Made by a program: the position numbers and the translations under genes. A DNA stretch of 64,000 nucleotides, from positions 116,387 through 180,386 of the forward strand of contig CAXHRJ010000001.1 in assembly GCA_964018915.1 (NCBI GenBank), given 5' to 3'. Origin of the DNA: an uncultured Bacilli bacterium (lineage in GTDB: Bacteria; Bacillota_I; Bacilli_A; RF39; UBA660). Numbering within the stretch: the first letter of the stretch is position 1; every line of letters begins with the position of its first letter. The notes under the pieces were generated by a model, which was not told the origin of the DNA, did no database searches, and saw only the letters and a program-made list of their open reading frames with translations. Below, one piece after another: positions 38,515-47,655 of this stretch.

Positions 38515-39330
38515 ATGATGTACGATGATGAATTAAATGTTCCTGAATTTACGGGCAAAAGAGAATTTTCCCCTAAACACCTAGCACCACGGGAAAGAAA
38601 AACACCTCTTGGAACTATTCGCAATATATGTGAATCAGCACTTGCTAGAACAAAAAAAAGAAAAATTAGAAAGCGTAGAATAGATGCGCCTGCATTAATA
38701 GTTAGTTTCGCTTTAGGAGCAACTTTAACCTTAGGAGGAGTTAACCTAGCAAATACTTTTACTCCAGCAGATCCACAGTCTTCTATACCTGATGGCTATA
38801 TTTTAACTAAAATTACTGATACAGTAGAATTAGGAGATACAATTACTGGAATTGCTAATGAATACTATAATGCAACTACTTATACTGGAATATTTACTAC
38901 CCCTATTGATTATAAAGCCGCCATACTAGAACAAAATAGCCTAAATGACCATACCACTATTAGACCTGGCGATGCTGTAGAAATACCAGTAGTAGTAAGC
39001 GAAAATAATGAATTCTATGTACAAATCCAAGTAGTGAAAGAAGAAATTAGAAAAATCGAAGAAGAAGATTTATGGGTTGATTATGTATTAAAACCTGGGG
39101 AAGGAATTCTCTCTTTAGCCGCTAAAGCAAGTGGCTCTGTAAATGAGACTTATTTAATTGCTGATAAAATAAGAGCTCAAAATAGTGATGCTAATTTTTG
39201 GTATGGGGAAACTGTTTCTATTATGAATCCTCAACTTGGACAATTGAAAATACAACTAAATGAATTGGAACAAGCTTTAGTAGAATCATTAAAGGTTAAT
39301 GAAAATGTAGAAACAAACAAACTTCGTTAA
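38515..39330 (+). CDS. Membrane-anchored hypothetical protein with LysM-like segments
   Basis: TM helix ALIVSFALGATLTLGGV. LysM-like stretches VELGDTITGIANEYY and VLKPGEGILSLAAKA. Weak evidence. Confidence 0.4.
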   Translation: MMYDDELNVPEFTGKREFSPKHLAPRERKTPLGTIRNICESALARTKKRKIRKRRIDAPALIVSFALGATLTLGGVNLANTFTPADPQSSIPDGYILTKITDTVELGDTITGIANEYYNATTYTGIFTTPIDYKAAILEQNSLNDHTTIRPGDAVEIPVVVSENNEFYVQIQVVKEEIRKIEEEDLWVDYVLKPGEGILSLAAKASGSVNETYLIADKIRAQNSDANFWYGETVSIMNPQLGQLKIQLNELEQALVESLKVNENVETNKLR

Positions 39331-39358
39331 AAAAATCAGGATATCCTGATTTTTATTT
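39331..39358. terminator. Bidirectional intrinsic terminator between the LysM-like gene (+) and folD (-)
   Basis: A-run, then atcagga (39335-39341) / tcctgat (39344-39350), then T-run. Confidence 0.6.
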
Positions 39359-40195
39359 TGTCGTTGGCTTATTATTGTAACAAGTAACAATATTCTCAAG
39401 TAGCATAGCAACTGTCATTGGGCCTACTCCTTTTGGAACAGGTGTGATATAAGATGCTTTTTTTTCAACTTTTTCAAAATCTACATCCCCGCATAATTTA
39501 CCATCTACACGGTTTACCCCAACGTCTATAACAACCGCATCGTCTTTTACCATATCTGCTGTTATCATTTTAGGAGATCCTACTGCAGCTACCAAAATAT
39601 CTGCCTGTTTTGTAATAGATTTTAAATCCACCGTTTTACTATGACATACAGTAACTGTTGCATCCTTTGCCAACATCAAAGTGGCTAATGGCTTACCAAC
39701 TAGTTTTCCCCTACCAACAATTACAACATGCTTACCCTCTATAGGAATTTCATATTCTTCTAATATTCTCATGACACCGAGTGGGGTGCAAGGAACAAGC
39801 GTTTTTCTACCATTTATCATTCTTCCAGTATTGATATCAGTTAGACCATCAACGTCTTTACTGTTACTAATAGAATTTGCTATTCTCTTTTCATTATAAC
39901 GCTCTGGCAAGGGTAATTGAACTAAAATTCCATTGACATAATCATCATTATTTAATTCTTTAATTTTATTAATTATTGTTAATTCTGGAGTATCTGCATC
40001 AAACTTATAATGCCTAAAATAAACACCTACTGCATTGCATGCTTTTTCTTTTCTCTTAATATAGGAATTACTAGCAGGATCATCCCCCACCTGAATAACT
40101 GCTACACTAGGTCTTATCATGCAACTTTTTAACTGTTGTTTCATTTCATCCTGAATTTTTAAACTTAATGCTTCTCCATCCATAATTGTACTCAT
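39353..40195 (-). CDS. folD: Bifunctional methylenetetrahydrofolate dehydrogenase/methenyl-THF cyclohydrolase
   Basis: SNSYIKRKEKAC, DVDGLT, VVIVGRGKLVGKPLATLM, PVPKGVGPMTVAMLL. Confidence 0.95.
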   Translation of the reverse strand: MSTIMDGEALSLKIQDEMKQQLKSCMIRPSVAVIQVGDDPASNSYIKRKEKACNAVGVYFRHYKFDADTPELTIINKIKELNNDDYVNGILVQLPLPERYNEKRIANSISNSKDVDGLTDINTGRMINGRKTLVPCTPLGVMRILEEYEIPIEGKHVVIVGRGKLVGKPLATLMLAKDATVTVCHSKTVDLKSITKQADILVAAVGSPKMITADMVKDDAVVIDVGVNRVDGKLCGDVDFEKVEKKASYITPVPKGVGPMTVAMLLENIVTCYNNKPTTK

Positions 40196-40320
40196 ATTAT
40201 CACCTCTAAATGTTGTTGGTAGTGTTTTTGCCTACCATCTACCTTAATTATAGCAAAAAAGAGTAAAAATCAAACAAAAAAATGCACAGTTTACATTTTT
40301 TGTTAAAAATAGTGTAAAGT

Positions 40321-40350
40321 AAAAGAAAAACTACAAATTTATTGTAGTTT
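40321..40350 (-). terminator. Intrinsic terminator overlapping the tagH 3' end
   Basis: On the minus strand: aaactacaa taaat ttgtagttt followed by TTCTTTT. Confidence 0.5.
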
Positions 40351-41095
40351 TTTGTTCCATAAATTTTTTATATTTAGGTAAAACTTCTTCTACTGGACCA
40401 TGTTCCATAAAACAACCATCATTAATCCATAGCACCTCATTGCATAAAGAAGCGATAGTATCCATATTATGAGAAACAATTAAAACAGTACGATGTTCAT
40501 CTGAAATAAGCTCTTTCATTTTATTATAACTTTTCTCTTTAAACTGAGCATCTCCAACACTTAAAACTTCATCAATTAACATAATATCAGTCTCCAAAAT
40601 AGCAGTAATTGCAAACGCTAATTTAGAATACATACCTGAAGAATATGTCTTTACAGGTTTGTAGATAAAGTCCCCAATGTCAGCAAATTCTATGATTTCT
40701 TTTTCCTTAGCTTTAATTTGCTCTTCAGAAAATCCTAAAAGCATACCAGATAAATAAATATTTTCTTTCCCAGTAAGTTTCTTATTGAAACCAACTCCTA
40801 TTGACAACAATGATACTGAATTTCCATGTAAATCAATCATTCCTTTATCTGGAGAAAATATTCCTGCTATTGCTCTTAACATAGTAGATTTACCAGACCC
40901 ATTTCGGCCAACTATTCCAAGAATCTTGCCTTCTTCCAATTCAAAATTAATTCCTTTTAGGGCTGGAAACAGTTCTACTCTAGATTTTAACTTTGCCCAA
41001 GAAGCACGTATTGAAGTCTTTTTAAGACCACGGTATGTTATATGCAAATCTTGTACAGTAACAGATATCTTTTTACTATTTTCATTATTTTTCAT
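40331..41095 (-). CDS. tagH: Teichoic-acid export ABC transporter, ATP-binding subunit
   Basis: Walker A GRNGSGKST, signature YSSGMYSKL (the TagH/Wzt-type variant), Walker B IMLIDEVLSVGD. Paired with the tagG-like permease. Confidence 0.85.
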   Translation of the reverse strand: MKNNENSKKISVTVQDLHITYRGLKKTSIRASWAKLKSRVELFPALKGINFELEEGKILGIVGRNGSGKSTMLRAIAGIFSPDKGMIDLHGNSVSLLSIGVGFNKKLTGKENIYLSGMLLGFSEEQIKAKEKEIIEFADIGDFIYKPVKTYSSGMYSKLAFAITAILETDIMLIDEVLSVGDAQFKEKSYNKMKELISDEHRTVLIVSHNMDTIASLCNEVLWINDGCFMEHGPVEEVLPKYKKFMEQKTTINL

Positions 41096-41883
41096 TAAAT
41101 CACCTTCGCATAACTATTTTCATTTTTATGAATAACATGAACACCTACCATACATAGTAAAATACCAACAATTAACCATATACCTAGTCCTTCAAAACTT
41201 GGTAATCTTTGTTCCAAGGCTACTTTTCTCAGCTCATTCATACAAAAAGCAATAGGATTCAGTCTTAATAAGAAAAATACTAGTGTAGGACTTTTAGATA
41301 ATTTTTTAGAAATATTATAGAATACTCCTGATAAATAAAACACCATCCTTAAACCAATATTTGTAAGATTTGCTAAATCATTCAAAGTGACTCCGAAGTG
41401 CATCAAAAGAAGCCCAATTCCAAAAGTAATAACATATAAAACAATAAAAATTGGGATAAAAAATAGCATATGCCAAGTGAATGGAACATGTTGAAAAATC
41501 ATAAGAGCAATCGCAATTAATAAAGAGATTCCCATTTTAAATACATAGGTAAAAGATTTAGATAAAAGTAAAATATATTTTGGAATATATACTTTGGTAA
41601 CTAAATCCCTATTATTTATAATTAATTTCACGCTACCATTAATCATACGATTAAAAAAATCCCAAGCGGTTAATCCTAAAAAAACAAAAGATGCAAAATA
41701 TTTTTCATCATTTGGAAATACTACACCAAATACAAATGTATAAATTAACATAAAGCAAAGTGGTTCTATAATCCACCAAAGCCAATTTAAATAAGAATCG
41801 GCTACTTCACTTTTTAGTTCTGCTTTAGCAGAATAAACAGCATATTTATAATACTTTTTTATATTACGGAAAAACTTTTTCAT
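41095..41883 (-). CDS. tagG: Teichoic-acid export ABC transporter, permease subunit (ABC-2 type)
   Basis: 6-TM ABC-2 permease with the LNWLWWIIEPL motif near the N-terminus. Start set to the ATG at 41883 (MKKFFRNI), 1 nt after the upstream stop. Confidence 0.8.
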   Translation of the reverse strand: MKKFFRNIKKYYKYAVYSAKAELKSEVADSYLNWLWWIIEPLCFMLIYTFVFGVVFPNDEKYFASFVFLGLTAWDFFNRMINGSVKLIINNRDLVTKVYIPKYILLLSKSFTYVFKMGISLLIAIALMIFQHVPFTWHMLFFIPIFIVLYVITFGIGLLLMHFGVTLNDLANLTNIGLRMVFYLSGVFYNISKKLSKSPTLVFFLLRLNPIAFCMNELRKVALEQRLPSFEGLGIWLIVGILLCMVGVHVIHKNENSYAKVI

Positions 41884-41884
41884 A

Positions 41885-42454
41885 CTAACCCTTCTTTCCA
41901 ATGTAGAAAACACTTAACACTTTTGAAAATTGATATAAAATTTCATTACTTTTCTCCATAGCAATCGTTTTTTCAAACGCCTTACCACCAATAGTAAGTG
42001 CTGCTATTACTCCTGTTGTAACAAGGGAAGAAAGCAGTAATGATACATCCCACATACTAGAAACCGATGTTGCAATTACTACCCCCGCAGAACCAGATAC
42101 AATTCCACAAATATCTCCTATTACATCATTACAGAAAGAAGAAACTTTCCCTGCATTTCTCTTTAACATAACAGCCACTTTAGCAGGCTTTATTTTTCTC
42201 GCACTCATGGAATGAAATGGTGCTTCTTCAGCTGTAGCAACAGCCATCCCTACCATATCAAATAAAACTCCTATTAATATAAATAATAATACTATAATAG
42301 TACTAACTAATAGGCTTGTTTCTTTTAAAGCTACCTCAGATATAAAAGAAAAAGTAACAGATATAGCAAAAGCTAAAAGAGCTAATTCTAACGCCCATAT
42401 ATAATCTTTCCACTTACTGTTTTTCTTACTTTGTTTATTCCCTTTTGTTTTCAA
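41885..42454 (-). CDS. Hypothetical membrane protein (possibly DUF21/CNNM-like TM domain)
   Basis: 189 aa with 4 predicted TM segments. The ATAEEAPFHSMSARK segment is reminiscent of CNNM TM domains. Low certainty. Confidence 0.35.
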   Translation of the reverse strand: MKTKGNKQSKKNSKWKDYIWALELALLAFAISVTFSFISEVALKETSLLVSTIIVLLFILIGVLFDMVGMAVATAEEAPFHSMSARKIKPAKVAVMLKRNAGKVSSFCNDVIGDICGIVSGSAGVVIATSVSSMWDVSLLLSSLVTTGVIAALTIGGKAFEKTIAMEKSNEILYQFSKVLSVFYIGKKG

Positions 42455-42514
42455 AATAATCCCCTTCTATATACAATATTTTCATTCTACATAATTTTCA
42501 TTCTTTTGTCAATT

Positions 42515-43465
42515 TTAATGCTTTCTATTTTTCTCTGTCTCTTTCACAATATATACAGGTCTAGCCTTTGTTTCCAAATAAGTTTTTGCTAAATATTGCC
42601 CAATAATTCCTGTACAGAATAGTTGAACACCACCTACTAAGAAGATAATACATGCTAAACTTGGCCAACCACTAACTGGATCTCCCCAAATTAATGTTTT
42701 AAGAATAATAACTATTATCATAACAAAAGCGATGAAACAGAATAATACTCCAATAATAGCAGCTAATACAAGTGGCACTGTAGAAAAAGCAGTTATGCCA
42801 TCTAATGCATAAGAAAACAGTTTCCAGAAACTCCATTTTGTCGTTCCAGCTACTCGCTCTTGATTCTCAAACTCAATCCATTTAGTATCAAAACCAACAA
42901 AACTGAATAATCCTTTAGAGTATCTATTATATTCCTTCATAGATAAAATAGCATCTACCATTTGTCTAGTCATTAATCTAAAATCTCTAGCACCTGCTAC
43001 CATTTCCGTTTTAGAAATCGCTCCAATAATACGATAGTACCATTTTGTACAAAACTTTCGGAAGAAAGAATATCCATTTCTAGAGGTACTTTTAGTAGCT
43101 ACACAGTCATATCCCTCTTCCTTAATTAAACGATACATTTCTTCTAATAAATATGGTGGATCTTGTAAATCTACATCCATAGTGGTTACATATTCTCCTG
43201 TTGCATATTCTAATCCTGCAAGCATGGCAGCTTCTTTTCCAAAATTTCTTGAAAAAGAAACATATCGAACTTTTTTATCCTGGTTTGATAGTTTTCTAAA
43301 CTCCTCTAACGTTTTATCTTTAGAACCATCATTAACAAAGATTAATTCAAACTCTACTTGTTTTTTCATCTTTTCCATTAGTTTTGACATTTCAGCATAA
43401 AATAATGGTACTGCTTCTTCCTCGTTATAACATGGAATTACTATTGATATTGTTTCTTTTTTCAT
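42515..43465 (-). CDS. GT2 polyprenol-phosphate glycosyltransferase (GtrB/CsbB-like)
   Basis: ISIVIPCYNEEEA, VNDGSKD, MDVDLQDPP, and two C-terminal TM helices, as in GtrB. Confidence 0.8.
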   Translation of the reverse strand: MKKETISIVIPCYNEEEAVPLFYAEMSKLMEKMKKQVEFELIFVNDGSKDKTLEEFRKLSNQDKKVRYVSFSRNFGKEAAMLAGLEYATGEYVTTMDVDLQDPPYLLEEMYRLIKEEGYDCVATKSTSRNGYSFFRKFCTKWYYRIIGAISKTEMVAGARDFRLMTRQMVDAILSMKEYNRYSKGLFSFVGFDTKWIEFENQERVAGTTKWSFWKLFSYALDGITAFSTVPLVLAAIIGVLFCFIAFVMIIVIILKTLIWGDPVSGWPSLACIIFLVGGVQLFCTGIIGQYLAKTYLETKARPVYIVKETEKNRKH

Positions 43466-44981
43466 ATATTACTCCTTCTCTATTTCTACGTTTCAATAAA
43501 ACATATTTAAATTCTATATTCTCAAAAACTTGATCAACCACTTTTATTACTTCATAATTTTCATGCAAATAAGGAATACCTGTTTCATAAGCATTTCTCT
43601 TCTTTCTTATACGAATAATAACAAATTCTGTATTTTTATTTTTAATCGCATTTCTCTGGGCATCCTCATTATCAGGAAAAGCGTCATAATTAATATTAAT
43701 TTTTTCAAAATACTTTTCTGTAGGTAAAATATCTGCCACTGTATAAAATCCACCATCGATATTACCGTAATAAAGAAGTGTTGGATTTTTTTCTTGATTC
43801 ATAATATCTGAGAAAATAAACTGCGCTAAGTTTTCTTTCTTGGTACCAAGAAAATAAGTATTGGGGCTTAATACATAGACAAACATCCATAATATGGTAA
43901 CAACAAACACTGTTACATATTTCATAGGAATATATATTCTAGCACAAATATTAGAAACAGATATTCCAAATAAGACAACAAATGGACTCATTACAAAGAA
44001 ATAGTACAAATGATTCTTTAACCCAATATAATTGAAGAAAAATGTAAATAGAAATAAGACAAATATTCCTACTTTTAACCATTTTTTAATTACCACTTTA
44101 TCTTTCAGCATAGTAATCATTCCAATGAATAAAGTAAACATATAAATAGAATTCCTATTCATGTTTTGTTTCAAAAGTTTCCACAATGTTTGAATTCTGT
44201 CCCAAAATGGTACAGTAGCCTCTGCTTTTGGATACAAAACAATGTTCAAATAAAAATAAACATCCCATAAATCTTTTAAAGATCCCATCATTAAGAAATA
44301 AATAAGAACTGGAAAAGTTACTATCAATATTCCACATAAATAAGCCAAAATAATTTGAACTATTTTCTTATATTGTTTACTTATTAGTAGTAAGAGTCCT
44401 AAAAAGAAAACCCAACCAATCCAAAATCCTAGTAAAATAAATTTTGTCCAAAGTACTATGCCTACAATAATACCTTCCCAAAAGTATAGCTTTGAAGTTT
44501 CTTCCAAGTATCTCTTATCTTTCATTAAGTATAAAAAATGATACAAACTAATTATAAAGCAAGGAAGTAGCAACTCTTCACAGCTTCCTCCGTGGGTAAA
44601 AGAAGGCATCGTAAGAAAAACTGCTAGTAAAAACGGTGATGTTGGATAAAACTGTTTTTCTCTTCCATATAATCTTAATATTTTATAATAATAACAAAGT
44701 ACTAAAGCAAATGAAAAAATCTCTAACAGAAAAATTCCAAGAAACGTCTTATTAGATAATAAGTAACCAATTCCATATACAAAATATAAAATGGGTCCTT
44801 TCTGCTCAAATAAATCACGATATGGTACCAATCCATTCATAAGCCCTTTACCCATTGTAAAAAAAGCATTCGCATCTACCCAATCATTCATTGGATAAAG
44901 TGGTGATGATTTAGTCCCAATCCATAAAAAAAGTAATGACAAAAAGATTGAATAAATAATTACTTTTCTCCACGATTTCAT
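43425..44981 (-). CDS. GT-C-fold polytopic membrane glycosyltransferase (ArnT/PMT-like)
   Basis: 518 aa with at least 10 TM segments. First extracytoplasmic loop has an acidic motif (PMNDWVDANAFF). It sits directly upstream of the GtrB-like gene. Confidence 0.6.
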   Translation of the reverse strand: MKSWRKVIIYSIFLSLLFLWIGTKSSPLYPMNDWVDANAFFTMGKGLMNGLVPYRDLFEQKGPILYFVYGIGYLLSNKTFLGIFLLEIFSFALVLCYYYKILRLYGREKQFYPTSPFLLAVFLTMPSFTHGGSCEELLLPCFIISLYHFLYLMKDKRYLEETSKLYFWEGIIVGIVLWTKFILLGFWIGWVFFLGLLLLISKQYKKIVQIILAYLCGILIVTFPVLIYFLMMGSLKDLWDVYFYLNIVLYPKAEATVPFWDRIQTLWKLLKQNMNRNSIYMFTLFIGMITMLKDKVVIKKWLKVGIFVLFLFTFFFNYIGLKNHLYYFFVMSPFVVLFGISVSNICARIYIPMKYVTVFVVTILWMFVYVLSPNTYFLGTKKENLAQFIFSDIMNQEKNPTLLYYGNIDGGFYTVADILPTEKYFEKININYDAFPDNEDAQRNAIKNKNTEFVIIRIRKKRNAYETGIPYLHENYEVIKVVDQVFENIEFKYVLLKRRNREGVIYEKRNNINSNSML

Positions 44982-45116
44982 AAATACTCCTAGCCATTAA
45001 AAGTATACCATCTTTTTCCTTAAAACTCAACTATTTGCTACGATAGCAAGCTTTCATTTCTATTCTACTTATAAATTTTATCATTATAGGTAAATGCTTT
45101 TTTTCAAAAAATGAAA

Positions 45117-45148
45117 AAATAAAACGAAAAAAGGACCAATGGTCCTTT
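45117..45148 (-). terminator. Intrinsic terminator ending the large non-coding unit
   Basis: On the minus strand: aaaggacc att ggtccttt followed by TTTCGTTTTATTTTTT. Confidence 0.75.
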
Positions 45149-45742
45149 ATTTACCTCTTTAATGGCTATTAATATAGTTAACTTTACGTCATAGGTCAAG
45201 CAGAATTTCTCTAGTTTCCACATCACGTTACCATGATTGCGGTTCCCCTTTAAGGAAACTAATACATCGTCACCGAATGTATGGCTTGATTGCCACTTAG
45301 TACGCACTGCAATCCTATATTACACAACACTCTAGGAGTTTTCCTCACCAACTGTCCATTGTTAGTTCTTTTTTGCAACATATGTTTCAAGCAGCGATAC
45401 ATAACTAGTTCTAGCTAAAAATTAGTTATGCTGAACAACTATCCCCATATCTCACTCAAGGCAAGCTACACTACCCATAACTTTCGCCACGAAGTAGGTT
45501 CAAGCCTTACCTGTATTTTATCCATCAACTTACGTGTATAGGTAAAACACATAATAAGGTCTCCATGAATGCTGGGTCGTTTACGTATGCCATTACGGAC
45601 GCCCAACACTCTACCTTCCAGCATCCACCCCAAACTGGGCGTAAGAAGCAAACACCAGAAGTTTCACAGATGTGCTCTTTAACAGCTTTTTAATTCTGTC
45701 TTCACAATGAACATTATTGACTAGAATAATGTGCCACCAATG
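45125..45742 (-). ncRNA. Candidate large structured non-coding RNA of about 620 nt; class not identified; ends approximate
   Basis: It is bracketed by a consensus promoter and an intrinsic terminator. It holds only 61- and 67-aa ORFs, neither with an SD. GC is 58/120 (48 %) in 45541-45660 versus 14/60 (23 %) in 45781-45840 (hand counts). It has many perfect local helices, e.g. cattatt/aataatg, acgccca/tgggcgt, cataacta/tagttatg and atacat/atgtat. Confidence 0.6.
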
Positions 45743-45748
45743 ACTAAC

Positions 45749-45777
45749 ATTTTATCAAAAAATACTGAACTTGTCAA
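45749..45777 (-). promoter_or_regulatory. Near-consensus sigma-A promoter driving the large non-coding unit
   Basis: On the minus strand: TTGACA (45777-45772), exactly 17 nt, TAAAAT (45754-45749). Confidence 0.7.
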
Positions 45778-45819
45778 ATTGGCAAATTCAGTATCTATTA
45801 TATGTATTTACAAAAAAAA

Positions 45820-46839
45820 TTATACTTCCCATTTCATAACTGTTTTAAAGTCGTTATTTCGATCAGATTCAAAAGCTTTCGTCATATCATTAATAGAATG
45901 AACCACCACTTCCTCTGAAATGATTTTCTCTAAATATTCATGAGTTTCTGGATATTCTTCCAAAAATTTAATCGCAGCATCAAAATCTTCATAGCCGCTT
46001 CTACTATTTCCTAAAAGAGTAATTCCTTTTTCCAATACCATACGAGTATTGATTCCTACTAAATCTTCTGATACCCCCATTAAAGCAATAGAGCCTTGTG
46101 GGTTAATTATGTCAATAATTTGATTGATAGCACTCTCAGCGCCTGTTCCACCAACACATTCAAAAGCATGATCTACAGTTAAACTTTCTGGAACTTCACT
46201 AACTACATAAGTTTCATCTGCAAAAGGAAAATATTGCAATTTATTCCAATTTGTACCAAATACTACTATTTTAGCGTTTGGAAAAATCTTTTTAAGAATA
46301 AGCGCAGTTACATAACCGACACTTCCACATCCCCAAATTCCTAGAGTTTGCTTTTTTAAATGACTGTATTGGTTAAAATGTTCAATCGCATTCATCGTAA
46401 CACTCATAAGTTCCAATAAAACAGCAATTCTATCATCAATATTATGATAAGGAATAATTCTATCCCTATCCATTAATACAACAGACTGCATAAAACCATC
46501 AAAACCACTAGCTCTAAATTTGCTACTACGCAAATAGTTTTCTTTCACAATACTATCATGCTCAATAGGAGTATTTGGAATCATTACAACCTTGGTTCCT
46601 GGTGCAAAATCTCCCTTAGTATCTTTAAGTACTACGCCAACTGCCTCATGTATTAAACACATAGGAAGTTTTTTGGCTAATACCTTTGGATCCCTTTTCC
46701 CTTGATAGTATCTTTCATCTGCTGCACAAATAGACAAATATAGCGGTCTTACTATAACTGTATTTTCATTTTCTACTTCCTCAACAAAGTCTATTCCAAT
46801 TCTCTTAGGAGATTGTAATCTATAGTGATAATTAATCAT
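45820..46839 (-). CDS. tarJ: Ribulose-5-phosphate reductase (ribitol-5-phosphate dehydrogenase)
   Basis: Matches S. aureus TarJ along its length: VIVRPLYLSICAADERYY, KLPMCLIHEAVG, GTKVVMIPNTP, FGIWGCGSVGY, DHAFECVGG, GSIALMGVSE, VLEKGITLLGNSRSG. Confidence 0.9.
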   Translation of the reverse strand: MINYHYRLQSPKRIGIDFVEEVENENTVIVRPLYLSICAADERYYQGKRDPKVLAKKLPMCLIHEAVGVVLKDTKGDFAPGTKVVMIPNTPIEHDSIVKENYLRSSKFRASGFDGFMQSVVLMDRDRIIPYHNIDDRIAVLLELMSVTMNAIEHFNQYSHLKKQTLGIWGCGSVGYVTALILKKIFPNAKIVVFGTNWNKLQYFPFADETYVVSEVPESLTVDHAFECVGGTGAESAINQIIDIINPQGSIALMGVSEDLVGINTRMVLEKGITLLGNSRSGYEDFDAAIKFLEEYPETHEYLEKIISEEVVVHSINDMTKAFESDRNNDFKTVMKWEV

Positions 46840-47548
46840 GATTTAATCCTACTTCCAAAATAGCATTCGCTAATTTTAAGTCATGCATTGTAGTTACTTT
46901 TAAGTTATATTCCTCACCACGCACAAATCCCACGTCTTTTCCCTTTACAACAAAGATCTTACAAGCATCTGTCAATATCTCTTTTTCTTCACTTGTTAAA
47001 GTCTCAAAGGTTGACATCAATTCTTTGATTTTAAATGTTTGTGGAGTTTGACCTAGATATAGGAAATCTCTTCTAGGAATATTACTCAATACTTTACCGT
47101 CTAATGATTCTACTATAGTGTCAGCAGCAGGAATAATGGTATCAACTGCATCATATTTTTTCACACCCTTAATATTATCAGTAATAATTCTATAATCAAC
47201 AAACGGTCTTACAGCATCATGAGTAATAATAACATCTTTTTCTGTTAGCCCAAAAGTATCTTCAATATAATGACAACCATTCATAATGGTACCATTTCTA
47301 TCTTTTCCGCCTTCTATAATAACAATTTTGTCATTAGGTCCAATATATTTTAAAACTAAATCACTCATATACCCCATCCAATCCTTTGGACATCCAATTA
47401 ATACTTTAGCTATTTCTGGAACCAATAAAAATTGTTCTACTGTATGAATGATAATAGGTTTATCTCCTAACATTAGAAATTGTTTTGGCATGTCGGTATT
47501 TCCCATTCGTTTACCAACACCACCTGCTAATATTTCTGCATAAATCAT
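46832..47548 (-). CDS. tarI: D-ribitol-5-phosphate cytidylyltransferase
   Basis: MIYAEILAGGVGKRMGNTDMPKQFL..KPIIIHT parallels TarI (IspD family). Start moved to the ATG at 47548, which follows GGTGA. It overlaps the tarJ start. Confidence 0.9.
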   Translation of the reverse strand: MIYAEILAGGVGKRMGNTDMPKQFLMLGDKPIIIHTVEQFLLVPEIAKVLIGCPKDWMGYMSDLVLKYIGPNDKIVIIEGGKDRNGTIMNGCHYIEDTFGLTEKDVIITHDAVRPFVDYRIITDNIKGVKKYDAVDTIIPAADTIVESLDGKVLSNIPRRDFLYLGQTPQTFKIKELMSTFETLTSEEKEILTDACKIFVVKGKDVGFVRGEEYNLKVTTMHDLKLANAILEVGLNHD

Positions 47549-47655
47549 AAATTCACCACTTTCTGAATTCATTATATCATGAATGCTTAAAATAAACAAC
47601 AAACGAAAAGACGAATAAAAATCCGTCTTCTATGTAAATTTACACTCTCTAATTT

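Noticed and set aside
1520-41135. Many plus-strand ORFs of 60-167 aa nested inside minus-strand genes (e.g. 1520-1747, 3139-3387, 9296-9568, 11426-11665, 19347-19613, 22238-23059, 24347-24977, 26181-26492, 35323-36090, 36565-36906, 40785-41135)
   Set aside because: They are antisense shadow ORFs, which are typical of AT-rich genomes. Their translations are low-complexity and rich in Ser/Ile/Phe/Leu. In each case the opposite strand encodes a protein with strong family motifs.
44155-44337. 60-aa minus-strand ORF inside the GT-C gene
   Set aside because: It is an out-of-frame overlap with a long polytopic membrane-protein ORF. It has no SD or motif.
45104-45651. Two short minus-strand ORFs (45104-45307, 67 aa; 45466-45651, 61 aa) inside the large intergenic unit
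   Set aside because: They have no Shine-Dalgarno, odd composition and no motif. They are embedded in a helix-rich, GC-enriched segment with its own promoter and terminator. A non-coding RNA is the more economical explanation.
45125-45742. Possibility that the large RNA is RNase P RNA or tmRNA
   Set aside because: A GAGGAAAA-like string and an ACAGAA string exist, but in the wrong order and spacing for the RNase P P4 helix. There is no GGGG...tRNA-like 5' end, no T-arm and no CCA-proximal acceptor as expected for tmRNA. The length (about 620 nt) is also too great. A covariance-model scan is still needed to be sure.
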